Source: an uncultured Actinomycetes bacterium | GTDB lineage: Bacteria > Actinomycetota > Thermoleophilia > Gaiellales > JAICJC01 | DNA length: 64,000 bases | Assembly (NCBI GenBank): GCA_963794415.1 | Contig: CAWCDI010000001.1 | Coordinates: 830,775 to 894,774, forward strand | Direction: 5' to 3' | Shown: positions 48,232 through 57,642 of the stretch, in pieces | Position numbering within the stretch: position 1 is the stretch's first letter | Layout: every line of letters starts with the position of its first letter | Notes under the pieces: model-generated | Told to the model about the DNA's origin: nothing | Database searches by the model: none | What the model saw: the letters and a program-made list of their open reading frames with translations, nothing else | Translations under genes and position numbers: made by a program

Positions 48232-49332
48232 ATGCTTGCAGCGGTCCTCCGGGAGCCCAACTCCGGTTTTGATGTCGTCGAGGTTGATCTGGCGCCTCCG
48301 GGCCCCGGCGAGGTGTGCGTGGACCTCCGCGCAAGCGGGGTCTGTCACAGCGACTGGAACACGGTCACCGGCGACACGCCAAGCCCGCTCCCGGCCGTCC
48401 TCGGCCACGAGGGCGCGGGCGTGGTGGAGAGCGTCGGCGACGGCGTCACGTCCGTGGCGCCGGGCGATCACGTGGTGCTCTCGTGGCTGCCCGCCTGCGG
48501 GCGCTGCGGCCCCTGCGTGGGCGGGCGGCCCAGCCTCTGCGAGGCCGCGGCACCGGCGCTCCTGGCCGGCACGCTGCTCGACGGATCCACCCGGCTCTCG
48601 CTCGACGGCGTGCCCATCCATCACTACTCGTTTCTCTCGACCTTCGCCGAGCGCACGGTGGTGCCGGAGGCAAGCTGCGTGCGCATCCGCCGCGACGCGC
48701 CGTTCGAGATCGCAGCGCTCGTCGGCTGTGCGGTGATGACGGGCATCGGCGCCGTCCTGAACCGCGCGATGGTCCGCACGGGCGGCTCGGTCGTCGTGTT
48801 CGGCGCCGGCGGCGTGGGCCTCTCGGCCATCCAGGCGTGCAAGCTGGTGGGGGCGAGCATCATCGTCGCCGTCGATCCCAACCCCGATCGCCGCGAGCTG
48901 GCCCTCGAGCTGGGCGCCACCCATACCGTCGATCCCACCCAGGTGGATCCCGCCGAGGCCGTGCGCGACCTCACCGCAGGGCGCGGCGCGGGCTACGGAT
49001 TCGAGGCCTCGGGGGCACGGGGGATGGCATCGGCGCTCTGGCCCGCAGTCGCCCGCGGCGGCACCATCGTCTGCATCGGCGTGCCTCCGCTGGGAGCCAC
49101 CGTCGAGCTCCCGGGAGCCGACCTGGTGCGCGACGAGAAGATCGTCACCGGCAGCCTCTACGGCTCGTGCCGGCCGCACCTGGACATGCCCATGGTGCTC
49201 GACCTCTACATGAGCGGCAAGCTCGACCTCGACCGGCTGAAGGGCTCGACCTACCCGCTGCACCGCATCAACGAAGCCTTCGGGGACATGCTCGCCGGGC
49301 ACGGCGCGCGCACCCTGATCGACGTCACATGA
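48232..49332 (+). CDS. zinc-dependent alcohol dehydrogenase (class III / formaldehyde-dehydrogenase-like)
   Basis: GVCHSD, GHEGAGVVESVG, structural-zinc Cys cluster CGRCGPCVGGRPSLC, Rossmann VFGAGGVG. Start ATG 48232. Confidence 0.85.
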   Translation: MLAAVLREPNSGFDVVEVDLAPPGPGEVCVDLRASGVCHSDWNTVTGDTPSPLPAVLGHEGAGVVESVGDGVTSVAPGDHVVLSWLPACGRCGPCVGGRPSLCEAAAPALLAGTLLDGSTRLSLDGVPIHHYSFLSTFAERTVVPEASCVRIRRDAPFEIAALVGCAVMTGIGAVLNRAMVRTGGSVVVFGAGGVGLSAIQACKLVGASIIVAVDPNPDRRELALELGATHTVDPTQVDPAEAVRDLTAGRGAGYGFEASGARGMASALWPAVARGGTIVCIGVPPLGATVELPGADLVRDEKIVTGSLYGSCRPHLDMPMVLDLYMSGKLDLDRLKGSTYPLHRINEAFGDMLAGHGARTLIDVT

Positions 49333-49428
49333 GTTTCACAAACCCTTGACATCACCCGGCCGGTAGGAAAAGATCCCGCATCCGACAAATTGCCCGGCAG
49401 CAACATCTACTCACAGAAAGAGGCGACC

Positions 49429-51129
49429 ATGGAACGGAATCCTCACGAGCTCGATGAGCTGCGCCGCAACCGCAGCGATCTGGAAAACAACCTGATCGAC
49501 GGTCTGGTCTCGGGCCAGTTGAGCCGGCGGGACTTCCTCCGCCGCGGATCGGTGATCGGCCTCTCGATCCCGCTCCTCGGAGCCATCGTCACTGCATGCG
49601 GCGGCGCGAACTCGAGCAGCTCGTCGTCCAGCGGCTCGAGCGCGACCACCTCGGAGCTTCCGAAGGCGGGCGCGACCATCAAGATCGGCGGCGTTGTGCC
49701 CACCGGCGACATCAACCCCCTCACGATCGCCGACGAGGGCGGCCTGACGATGCTGCAGCAGTCGGGCGAGTTCCTCTCGTTCAACAACCCGCGCACGGAC
49801 ATCCTCCAGCCGATGCTCGCCACCAAGTTCACGCCGAACGAGAATGGCGACGTGTGGACGTACAAGCTGCGCCCGGGAGTGACCTTCAACAATGGCGCGG
49901 CGATGACGGCCGACGACGTGGTCTACTCGATCCAGTCGCAGACCGACCCCAAGAACCCGGTCAACGCGACCTCTGCGTTCCAGGGCGTGCTCGTGAAGGA
50001 CGGCGTCAAGAAGGTGGACGACATGACGGTCGCCTTCCACCTGCAGGCGCCCAACGGCAACTTCCCGTACCTGCTCTCGTCGGACAACTACAACCTGATC
50101 ATCGTGCCTGCCAACACCGACTACACGAAGTGGCAGAGCACGTTCGTCGGCACCGGCCCGTTCAAGCTGGTCGCCTACCACGCCAAGCAGGGCGCGACGT
50201 TCACGTCCAACCCGTCGTACTGGGGCGGAAAGCCGCTTCCCGCCGGCCTGCAGCACATCTTCTACGACACGCAGCAGCCGCAGATCAACGCGCTCCTGGG
50301 TGGCGACGTGGACGTCGTCAACCAGATCGTCCCGCAGGGCGCCGAGGCCGTGCTCAACAACAGCTCCTACCACGTGTGGTCGGTGCCGTCGTCCCAGCAC
50401 CGCGAGCTCTCGATGCGAAACGACATGAAGCCGTGGACGGACAAGCGCGTCCGCCAGGCCATGGCGCTCACCCTGAACCGCCCGCAGATCTCCCAGGCGC
50501 TCTTCAAGGGCTATGCGCAGCTCGGCAACGACAACCCGTTTGCCCCCAGCTTCCGCTCCACCGACAAGTCGGTGCCGCAGCGAAAGCAGGACATCGACCA
50601 GGCAAAGCAGCTCCTCTCGGACGCAGGCGTCGCCAGCGGCTTCACCACCGACCTCTACGCCGAGATCTACGAGGAGATCCCCGATCTCGCCCAGATCGTG
50701 AAGCAGGCAGGTGCGCAGGTCGGCATCAACATCAACCTGCACGTCGAGAACCAGGCCAAGTACTACGGCGACGCCGTCTACGGCAAGTCCGACTGGCTCG
50801 ACGGTGAGATGAGCCTCGTCGACTACGGCGCCCGCGGCGTGCCCAACGTGTTCCTGAACGCACCGCTGCGCTCGGACGGCACGTGGAATGCGGCGCACTT
50901 CAAGAACCCGCAGTACGACGCGCTCGCAAGCCAGTACACCGAGGCGATCGACTTCCAGACGCAGAAGACGGTGGCGGGCAAGATCCAGCGCCTGCTGCTG
51001 GACGAGACGCCGCTCATCATCCCGTACTGGTTCGATGCCATCACGGTCTCGAAGAAGACCATCGGCGGTGTGGTGAACACCGGAATGGGCCAGATCTTCC
51101 TGCACGGCGCCGGAACCGTGGGGGCCTAG
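49429..51129 (+). CDS. ABC transporter substrate-binding lipoprotein (family 5, peptide/nickel/opine type)
   Basis: Twin-arginine signal SRRDFLRRG, lipobox ..IVTAC, poly-Ser linker, then an SBP_bac_5-like body (..KFTPNENGDVWTYKLRPGVTFNNG..). Confidence 0.85.
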   Translation: MERNPHELDELRRNRSDLENNLIDGLVSGQLSRRDFLRRGSVIGLSIPLLGAIVTACGGANSSSSSSSGSSATTSELPKAGATIKIGGVVPTGDINPLTIADEGGLTMLQQSGEFLSFNNPRTDILQPMLATKFTPNENGDVWTYKLRPGVTFNNGAAMTADDVVYSIQSQTDPKNPVNATSAFQGVLVKDGVKKVDDMTVAFHLQAPNGNFPYLLSSDNYNLIIVPANTDYTKWQSTFVGTGPFKLVAYHAKQGATFTSNPSYWGGKPLPAGLQHIFYDTQQPQINALLGGDVDVVNQIVPQGAEAVLNNSSYHVWSVPSSQHRELSMRNDMKPWTDKRVRQAMALTLNRPQISQALFKGYAQLGNDNPFAPSFRSTDKSVPQRKQDIDQAKQLLSDAGVASGFTTDLYAEIYEEIPDLAQIVKQAGAQVGININLHVENQAKYYGDAVYGKSDWLDGEMSLVDYGARGVPNVFLNAPLRSDGTWNAAHFKNPQYDALASQYTEAIDFQTQKTVAGKIQRLLLDETPLIIPYWFDAITVSKKTIGGVVNTGMGQIFLHGAGTVGA

Positions 51130-51142
51130 CCGGAGCACTGAC

Positions 51143-52096
51143 ATGGCGCTCTACATCCTCAAGCGGGTGCTTCTGGCCCTGGTGACTCTCTGGATCCTCT
51201 CGGTGATCATCTTCCTGGCCGGTCAGAAGCTGCCGGGTGATCCGGGGCGGCAGATCCTCGGTCATCTGGCGAACCCGGCGGCGGTGGAGAAGCTCGATCA
51301 CCAGCTCGGGGTGGACCGGCCGCTCGTGACCCAGTACAAGGACTGGATCAGCGGCCTCCTGCACGGGGACATGGGCACGTCCTACACCTACCAGCAGCCC
51401 ATCAAGCCGTTCGTCACGAGCGCGCTCTCGCACTCGCTGAAGCTCGCGATCGTCGCGTTCCTCATCTGCGTGCCCCTGGCGATCCTCGCGGGGGTGGTGG
51501 CGGCGCTCAACTCGGGCGGGTGGGCCGACCGGTCGATCAGCATGTTCGGGCTCTCGCTGCTGGGCCTGCCCGAGTTCGTCTCGGGTGTGTTCCTCATCCT
51601 GATCTTCGGCATCTGGCTGGACGTGCTGCCGGTACAGGCTTCCACGGATGCGGGTGCCGGCATCGGCACGCAGATCTTCCACCTGATCATGCCCGCCCTC
51701 GCGATCGCATGCGTGCTCTTCGGCTACATCATGCGGATGGCGCGCGCGGGCACCATCGCCGCGCTCGACGCCGACTACACGCGCACGGCCGTGCTAAAGG
51801 GACTCCCGACTAGGACGGTCGTCCGCCGCCACGTGCTGCGAAACGCGCTCCTTCCGACCATCACGGTGGTGGCCACCCAGGTCGGCTACCTCATCGGCGG
51901 CCTACTGGTGGTGGAGTACCTCTTCCACTACAGCGGCATCGGCTCGCTCACATTCAAGGCGGCGCAGGACAAGGACTTCCCGATGCTCGAGGCGTGCGTG
52001 CTCACCATCGGCGTCGTCTACCTCATCGCAACGCTCATCGCAGACATCGTCTACACGCTGCTCAACCCGCGGCTGCGGCTGGGAAGTGACCAGTGA
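51143..52096 (+). CDS. ABC transporter permease (DppB/OppB-like)
   Basis: MALYILKRVLLALVTLW.. N-terminus typical of DppB. EAA-loop region ..ALDADYTRTAVLKGL... 317 aa. Confidence 0.9.
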   Translation: MALYILKRVLLALVTLWILSVIIFLAGQKLPGDPGRQILGHLANPAAVEKLDHQLGVDRPLVTQYKDWISGLLHGDMGTSYTYQQPIKPFVTSALSHSLKLAIVAFLICVPLAILAGVVAALNSGGWADRSISMFGLSLLGLPEFVSGVFLILIFGIWLDVLPVQASTDAGAGIGTQIFHLIMPALAIACVLFGYIMRMARAGTIAALDADYTRTAVLKGLPTRTVVRRHVLRNALLPTITVVATQVGYLIGGLLVVEYLFHYSGIGSLTFKAAQDKDFPMLEACVLTIGVVYLIATLIADIVYTLLNPRLRLGSDQ

Positions 52097-52990
52097 GCAC
52101 GGTGCCACTGGATCCCGCTGCAGTCGTGGACCCGGCCGGCTCGGTCGACTCCGACGCCGCCCAGATCCGGCGCGAGCAGTGGGCGGAGCTTCGGAAGTCC
52201 AAGAGCTTCATCATCGGGTCGGCGATCCTGATCTTCTGGATCGTCTGCGCGATCTTCGGCTACCGGATCGTGCCGCACAGCCCGTTCGCCCAGGATCTGC
52301 TGCACACCGACACGGCGCCCAACGGGACGTACTGGTTCGGTACCGACCAGCTGGGCCAGGACGTGTTCTCGCGCGTGATCACGGGCGTTCGCGTGGTGCT
52401 GATCGTGGCGTTCTTCGCCACCCTCATCGGCACGATCCTCGGCACCTTCATCGGCCTGCTCACCGGCTACATGCGCGGCTGGGTGGACGAGGGCATCGGC
52501 CGGTTCATGGACGCGCTCCTGGCGCTGCCGGTGATCGTCACCGCAGTGCTCGTGATCGCCGCGCTCGGCCCCTCGAACCTCACCGACACCATCTGCATCG
52601 CGGCCATCTTCACGCCGCTCATCGCCCGCACCGTCCGCACGGCCGTGATCCAGGAGCGCGAGCTCGACTACATCACCGGCGGCCCAGCTGCGGCGTGAGG
52701 GAGCGCTCTACATCATGATCTCCGAGCTCCTGCCGAACGTCATGCCGCCGGTGATCGTCGAGTTCACCGTGCGCCTCGGCTACGCGGTGTTCACCATCGC
52801 GACGCTCGACTTCCTCGGCCTCGGCATCCAGCCGCCCACGCCCGATTGGGGCGGTGACATCAGCGCCAACATCTCGGTGGTCTCGGCCGGGTACTGGTGG
52901 GAGGTGCTGTTCGCCGCCGCCGCCATCGCGTCGCTGGTGATCGCTGTGAACCTCGTCGCCGACGCCATCGAGAGCGTGGTCGACCAGTGA
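52093..52990 (+). CDS. ABC transporter permease (DppC/OppC-like), frame interrupted by a 1-nt indel near 52678
   Basis: ORF 52093..52698 (..WFGTDQLGQDVFSRV..) ends prematurely at ..ELDYITGGPAAA*. The EAA-loop continuation ..AAQLRREGALYIMISELLPN..LDFLGLGIQPPTPDWG.. lies in the frame of ORF 52715..52990. Confidence 0.85.
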
Positions 52991-55035
52991 GCGTCCCGCA
53001 GATCGACGTGCAGACGGCCGCCCTCGCGGTTGACGAGCTTGAGATCACCTACCGCGTGCGCGGCCACGACCGGGCTGCCATCCGCGGGATCTCGTTCGCG
53101 GTGGGCAAGGGCGAGTCGTTCGGCCTGGTGGGGGAGTCCGGCTGCGGCAAGTCAACCGTCGCGCTGGCGCTGGTGCGCTACCTCTCGCGGAACGGGCGCG
53201 TGTCCGGCGGCTCGATCCTCATCGACGGCCAGAACCCGTACGACCTGGGCGAGGCGGAGCTTCGCCGGCTGCGGTCGCGGAGCGTCTCGATGGTGTACCA
53301 GGATCCGTCGCGCGCGCTCAACCCGTCGATCCGCATCGGCCGGCAGGTGGCCGAGGTGTTCGAGGTGGCGGGCGCCGCCCGCAAGGAGGCGCTCGATCGC
53401 GCGGAGGAGGCGCTCCGGCGCGTGCGCATCTCCGATCCCGGGAACGTCATGCAGCGCTATCCGCACCAGCTCTCCGGCGGCATGCAGCAGCGCGTGGTGA
53501 TCGCGATGGCGCTGGCCGTCGAGCCGGCGCTCCTGATCCTGGACGAGCCCACCACCGGGCTCGATGCAACGGTCGAGGCCGAGGTGCTCGACCTGGTCTC
53601 GGCGCTGCGCAAGGAGCTCTCGACGTCGCTCCTCTTCATCAGCCACAACCTGGGCGTGATCGCGAAGATGTGCGATCGCGTGGGAGTGCTCTACGCGGGC
53701 GAGATGGTGGAGCAGGGGCCTGCGGCCGAGGTGTTCCACGAGCCGCGGCACCCCTACACGGTGGGCCTCCTTCGCTGCATCCCGCGGCGGGGCAAGCTGA
53801 AGGCCGACGGCTGGCTCGACACCATCCCCGGATTCCTGCCGCCGCCGGGCGCCGAGATCACGGGATGCATCTTCGCCGACCGCTGCGCGCTGGTGCAGGA
53901 TCGCTGCCGTACCGAGCACCCGCCGATGTACGAGGTGAGCCCCGTGCGCGGCTCACGCTGCCACTACTACGAGAAGGCGCCCACGCTGCCACACGTCGAG
54001 GGCGAGGAGCTCACCGAAGCCCCTGTGCGCGACCTCAAACCCCTTCTGAGCGCACGCGGGCTCTCCAAGACGTTCCGCATCTCGGGAACCGACATCCACG
54101 CGCTCGCGGGCGTTGAGATGGAGATCCGCGAGGGCGAGACGCTGGGCCTCGTGGGCGAGTCGGGCAGCGGCAAGACCACCCTGGCGCGGCTGCTCCTCGG
54201 CATCATCTCGCCCGACGAGGGCTCCGTGCTCGAGCTCGACGAGGCGCCGCTTGCCGGCAGCACCAAGAAACGCACGGGCGATCAGGTCAAGGCCATGCAG
54301 ATCGTGTTCCAGAACCCCGACTCGGCGCTCAACCGCCGCCACACGGTGCGAAAGCTCGTCGGCCGATCGCTCTCGAAGCTCGGCGGCCTCACGGGCAAGG
54401 CCCGTGACGACCGGCTGGTGGAGCTCACCCGCTCGGTGAAGCTGGCCGACCGCTACCTCGGCATGCGCCCGGTGCAGCTCTCCGGCGGCCTCAAGCAGCG
54501 CGTGGCCATCGCGCGCGCCTTCGCCGGGAATCCGCGCCTGGTGGTGTGCGACGAGCCCACCTCGGCGCTCGACGTGTCGGTGCAGGCCGCGATCCTGAAC
54601 CTGCTCTACGAGCTGCAGCGCAAGGAGGGCGTGGCCTACCTCTTCATCAGCCACGACCTGGGCGTGGTGCGCTACCTGTCGGATCGCATCTGCGTGCTCT
54701 ACCTGGGCCGCGTGATGGAGCTGGGCGAGGCCCAGGCCGTGTTCTCGGCACCGCACCACCCGTACACCGAGGCGCTGCTCTCCGCGGTGCCGACGCTGGA
54801 CGACACCGATAGCGACCGCATCCGGCTCGAGGGCGAGATCCCGAGCCCGGCCGATCCGCCTTCCGGGTGCGTGTTCCACACGCGCTGCCCGCGCAAGATC
54901 GGTGAGATCTGCGAGACCACCGAGCCGCCGCTGGCCGAGGCTGAGCCGGGCCACGCGATGCGCTGTCACATCCCGCTCGAGGACCTCCGGCGGATGCAGG
55001 CGGAGCCCGCCGCGGCTGCGGCCGTGCCGGAGTAG
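52987..55035 (+). CDS. fused double ABC ATPase (DppD-DppF type)
   Basis: Two cassettes: Walker A GESGCGKST and GESGSGKTT, signatures LSGGMQQR and LSGGLKQR, Walker B LILDEPTT and VVCDEPTS. Start GTG 52987 (GTGA overlap with the permease). Confidence 0.9.
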   Translation: MSVPQIDVQTAALAVDELEITYRVRGHDRAAIRGISFAVGKGESFGLVGESGCGKSTVALALVRYLSRNGRVSGGSILIDGQNPYDLGEAELRRLRSRSVSMVYQDPSRALNPSIRIGRQVAEVFEVAGAARKEALDRAEEALRRVRISDPGNVMQRYPHQLSGGMQQRVVIAMALAVEPALLILDEPTTGLDATVEAEVLDLVSALRKELSTSLLFISHNLGVIAKMCDRVGVLYAGEMVEQGPAAEVFHEPRHPYTVGLLRCIPRRGKLKADGWLDTIPGFLPPPGAEITGCIFADRCALVQDRCRTEHPPMYEVSPVRGSRCHYYEKAPTLPHVEGEELTEAPVRDLKPLLSARGLSKTFRISGTDIHALAGVEMEIREGETLGLVGESGSGKTTLARLLLGIISPDEGSVLELDEAPLAGSTKKRTGDQVKAMQIVFQNPDSALNRRHTVRKLVGRSLSKLGGLTGKARDDRLVELTRSVKLADRYLGMRPVQLSGGLKQRVAIARAFAGNPRLVVCDEPTSALDVSVQAAILNLLYELQRKEGVAYLFISHDLGVVRYLSDRICVLYLGRVMELGEAQAVFSAPHHPYTEALLSAVPTLDDTDSDRIRLEGEIPSPADPPSGCVFHTRCPRKIGEICETTEPPLAEAEPGHAMRCHIPLEDLRRMQAEPAAAAAVPE

Positions 55036-55044
55036 CCTGCGCAC

Positions 55045-55575
55045 ATGACTCCCCTGAAGCTGGACGAGATCGACGGGAGCATCGGCGAGGCGTGGGCCGG
55101 TGACATCCCCAACGGCAGCCACATCAACGTGGCCATCGCACGGCGCGGATCACCCACCGCAGCGGCAGCCGCAACGGCGTTTGCCGTTCCCGGGCCGGGA
55201 CACGCCCCGGTGGTCTGCTGCCTCGGCGCGGGCTTCGCGGTGCGACCCGCGACCATCGTGCTCAACAAGGCCACGGCCACGGAGGAGCTGCACTCCCTGC
55301 TGACGTGGGGCGCGGCCCAGCTCGGCATCGGCTCGGGCGTGATGGACGCCGTGGCGAGCGGCGTGATCGCCCGCAGCATCGTCGACGACCTCGTGCTGCT
55401 CGTAGCCGTGTGGGTCGATCCCGACGCCACCGACAAGGTGGCCGTGCGCGCGGCCAACCGCGAGGCGACGTACCGGGCGATCGAGGACGCGTTCAACCGC
55501 GACCGCGACTCGCGCATCAAGGAGCTGCTCGAGCTGCGAAACACCGCCACGAACGTCTTCTACGAAACGAGCTAG
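55045..55575 (+). CDS. formaldehyde-activating enzyme (Fae) family protein
   Basis: 176 aa. IGEAWAGD..SHINVAIARRGSP, ..PATIVLNKAT.., ..WGAAQLGIGSGVMDAVASGVI..DDLVLLVAVWVD..REATYRAIEDA parallel the Methylobacterium Fae sequence as I recall it. Confidence 0.7.
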   Translation: MTPLKLDEIDGSIGEAWAGDIPNGSHINVAIARRGSPTAAAAATAFAVPGPGHAPVVCCLGAGFAVRPATIVLNKATATEELHSLLTWGAAQLGIGSGVMDAVASGVIARSIVDDLVLLVAVWVDPDATDKVAVRAANREATYRAIEDAFNRDRDSRIKELLELRNTATNVFYETS

Positions 55576-55577
55576 CG

Positions 55578-56687
55578 GTGCGGATCACGGCGGTCGAGAC
55601 CCGCGTCTATCGCCATCCCATCGACCCGCCGCTCAGCGCCGCGTGGGATCCCGAGCCGCGCCGCTTTCAGGAGGCCACCATCGTCTCGGTGACCACCGAT
55701 GAGGGCGTCACCGGCCACGCCAGCGGCGACGCGCTCCCCGACCGGGCGCAGCTGGAGCGCCTCGTGGTGGGCCTCGACCCGTTCCGCACGGAGGTGATCC
55801 GCGGCATCTGCGAGACGGTGGACTTCCACGCGGCCCGCCCGTGGACGCTCGAGGCCGCGGTGTGGGACGTCGTCGGCCGGGCCTCAGGGCAGCCGCTCTG
55901 GAGGCTCCTCGGCGGACGCTCGGAGCGCCTGCTCGCATACGCCTCGGCAGCGCACATGGTGGAGCCGGCCGAGCGCGCCCGGCGGGCGGTGGCGCTGCGC
56001 GATGCCGGCGTCGGGGCGATGAAGCTCCGCTTCGGCCTGGGCGACTGGCGCACCGACGTCGAGGCCGTGGCGCAGGTGCGCGACGCCGTCGGCACCGGCA
56101 TGGAGATCATGGTGGACGCCAACCAGGGGTGGCGGATGCCGGGTGATCTGCGGCCGCGCTGGGACGTCGCCGAGGCAGCGCAGTGCGCCCGGGCGCTCGA
56201 GCCGCTGGGCGTGTACTGGCTGGAGGAGCCGCTGGCGACCGACGACATCGACGGATATGCCGCGCTTCGCCGCCGCACCGATCTGCGGATCGCGGCCGGG
56301 GAGATGGTGCGTAGCGCCGCTGAGGCGCGGGATCTGGTGGTGCGGGGCGGGGTGGACGTGATCCAGACCGACGTGATGCTGGCGGGCGGGATCGGCGGCT
56401 GCCGGCAGGTGTCGGCGCTTGCTGACCTCTACCGCCGGGCGTGGTCGCCGCACACGTGGTCGAACGGCTACGGGCTGGTGGTCAACCTGCATGCTGCGCT
56501 CGCGTTCTCGGCGGGGACGTACGTGGAGGTGCCGTTCGATCCGCCCGAGTGGAGCGCCGCTGCGCGCGATTGGCTCCTCCCGGCCCCGGTCGAGATCGCC
56601 CCCGACGGCACCATCGTGCCGCCTCCCGGCCCGGGCCTCGGGATCGAGCCGGACTTCGATCGTCTGGAGCAGTGGCGGGTCGCCTGA
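55578..56687 (+). CDS. enolase-superfamily enzyme (mandelate racemase / muconate lactonizing enzyme family)
   Basis: Capping domain, then a barrel with metal-ligand contexts ..IMVDANQGW.., ..WLEEPL.., ..IAAGEM... Start GTG 55578. Confidence 0.8.
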   Translation: MRITAVETRVYRHPIDPPLSAAWDPEPRRFQEATIVSVTTDEGVTGHASGDALPDRAQLERLVVGLDPFRTEVIRGICETVDFHAARPWTLEAAVWDVVGRASGQPLWRLLGGRSERLLAYASAAHMVEPAERARRAVALRDAGVGAMKLRFGLGDWRTDVEAVAQVRDAVGTGMEIMVDANQGWRMPGDLRPRWDVAEAAQCARALEPLGVYWLEEPLATDDIDGYAALRRRTDLRIAAGEMVRSAAEARDLVVRGGVDVIQTDVMLAGGIGGCRQVSALADLYRRAWSPHTWSNGYGLVVNLHAALAFSAGTYVEVPFDPPEWSAAARDWLLPAPVEIAPDGTIVPPPGPGLGIEPDFDRLEQWRVA

Positions 56688-56703
56688 TTGTAGAATCAGC
56701 CGG

Positions 56704-56955
56704 ATGTGGATTGTCTGGGCGGCTCTACTCGGCTTGATGGTTGGTGCGATCGCTCGTCTGATCGTGCCCGGTGACCACCCGCGCGGGGTGCTGATCACCG
56801 TCGTGATCGGCATCGTCGGGGCGGAGCTCGCGACGATCGTGCTCCACATCGCCGGCCTGCGCGGCTCGGCGGGCCTTCTGGGCTCGGTGCTCGGCGCGGT
56901 GGTGCTGCTGCTGATCCTGCAGTCGCTCTCGAACCGCTCCCGCCCAGCGCACTGA
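56704..56955 (+). CDS. GlsB/YeaQ/YmgE-family small membrane protein
   Basis: 83 aa, 3 TM helices, ..LGLMVGAIARLIVPG..VIGIVGAELA.. pattern. Confidence 0.75.
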   Translation: MWIVWAALLGLMVGAIARLIVPGDHPRGVLITVVIGIVGAELATIVLHIAGLRGSAGLLGSVLGAVVLLLILQSLSNRSRPAH

Positions 56956-56984
56956 CGAGTACCGGTGGTGGTGAAGACCGGCTC

Positions 56985-57017
56985 TGAATAGACGGTGCCA
57001 GGCACTGGTTATTCACG
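56985..57017. repeat. left 33-bp inverted repeat (internally palindromic)
   Basis: TGAATAGACGGTGCCAGGCACTGGTTATTCACG. Its reverse complement matches 57638-57670 at 29/33 positions (hand alignment). Confidence 0.7.
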
Positions 57018-57030
57018 CTATGGTCGAACG

Positions 57031-57642
57031 GTGTGGTTCGATCACATCCCGTGGGCTGTCGCCGACCTCGACTCCGCGAGCGATGAGTTCCGGCGCCTTC
57101 ACGGACTTGGCTGGTCGGGCGAGGGGCGGCACCCCCAAGGCACGCTGACCCGAGTCATTCCGATCGCGCCGACGCAGTACATCGAGCTGCTCCAGGCCTA
57201 CGACACGTCGCTCGAGTGGGGTGCAGATGTGGCTGCGGCGGTCGCCCGGAGGGAGCCGCTGCTCGGATGGTCGATCGAGGTGGACGACATTGAGTCGGTG
57301 TCCTCGCGCACCGGTATCGCGATTCACGATGGAACCGTCGAGCTCGAGGACGGATCGCGTGGCGGCTGGAAGTCGGTCAGCCCCCAGGACGACGACCTGC
57401 CGTTCTTCATCCGATACGGCCGCTCTCATGGGGAGCGGGTCACCGGCAATCAGGAGCGATTCGCGGCGGCCGCACACACCTGTGACCCGGCGGGTATCAC
57501 CTGGGTCGAGGTCGGAGGCGACGAACCCGAGCTGCGCCGCTGGATCGGTGACACCGAGCTGGAAATACGATTCGTCGGCGGACGGCCGGGCCTGCACCGT
57601 TTTGCCGTGGGCACATCGGGCGGGGAGCTCGTGCTGCCGTGA
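57031..57642 (+). CDS. VOC/glyoxalase-like domain protein (hypothetical)
   Basis: ~203 aa, ..FDHIPWAVADLD..F..LG.. and ..ITWVEVGGD.. resemble a glyoxalase-like fold. Start GTG 57031 preferred; the longest-ORF start 56995 lies inside the left repeat. Confidence 0.55.
   Translation: MWFDHIPWAVADLDSASDEFRRLHGLGWSGEGRHPQGTLTRVIPIAPTQYIELLQAYDTSLEWGADVAAAVARREPLLGWSIEVDDIESVSSRTGIAIHDGTVELEDGSRGGWKSVSPQDDDLPFFIRYGRSHGERVTGNQERFAAAAHTCDPAGITWVEVGGDEPELRRWIGDTELEIRFVGGRPGLHRFAVGTSGGELVLP

Noticed and set aside
56985-57017. Integron attC-like recombination site interpretation of the palindromic repeats.
   Set aside because: There are no RYYYAAC / GTTRRRY core sites at the ends, no extrahelical-base architecture is evident, and no intI integrase is in the window.
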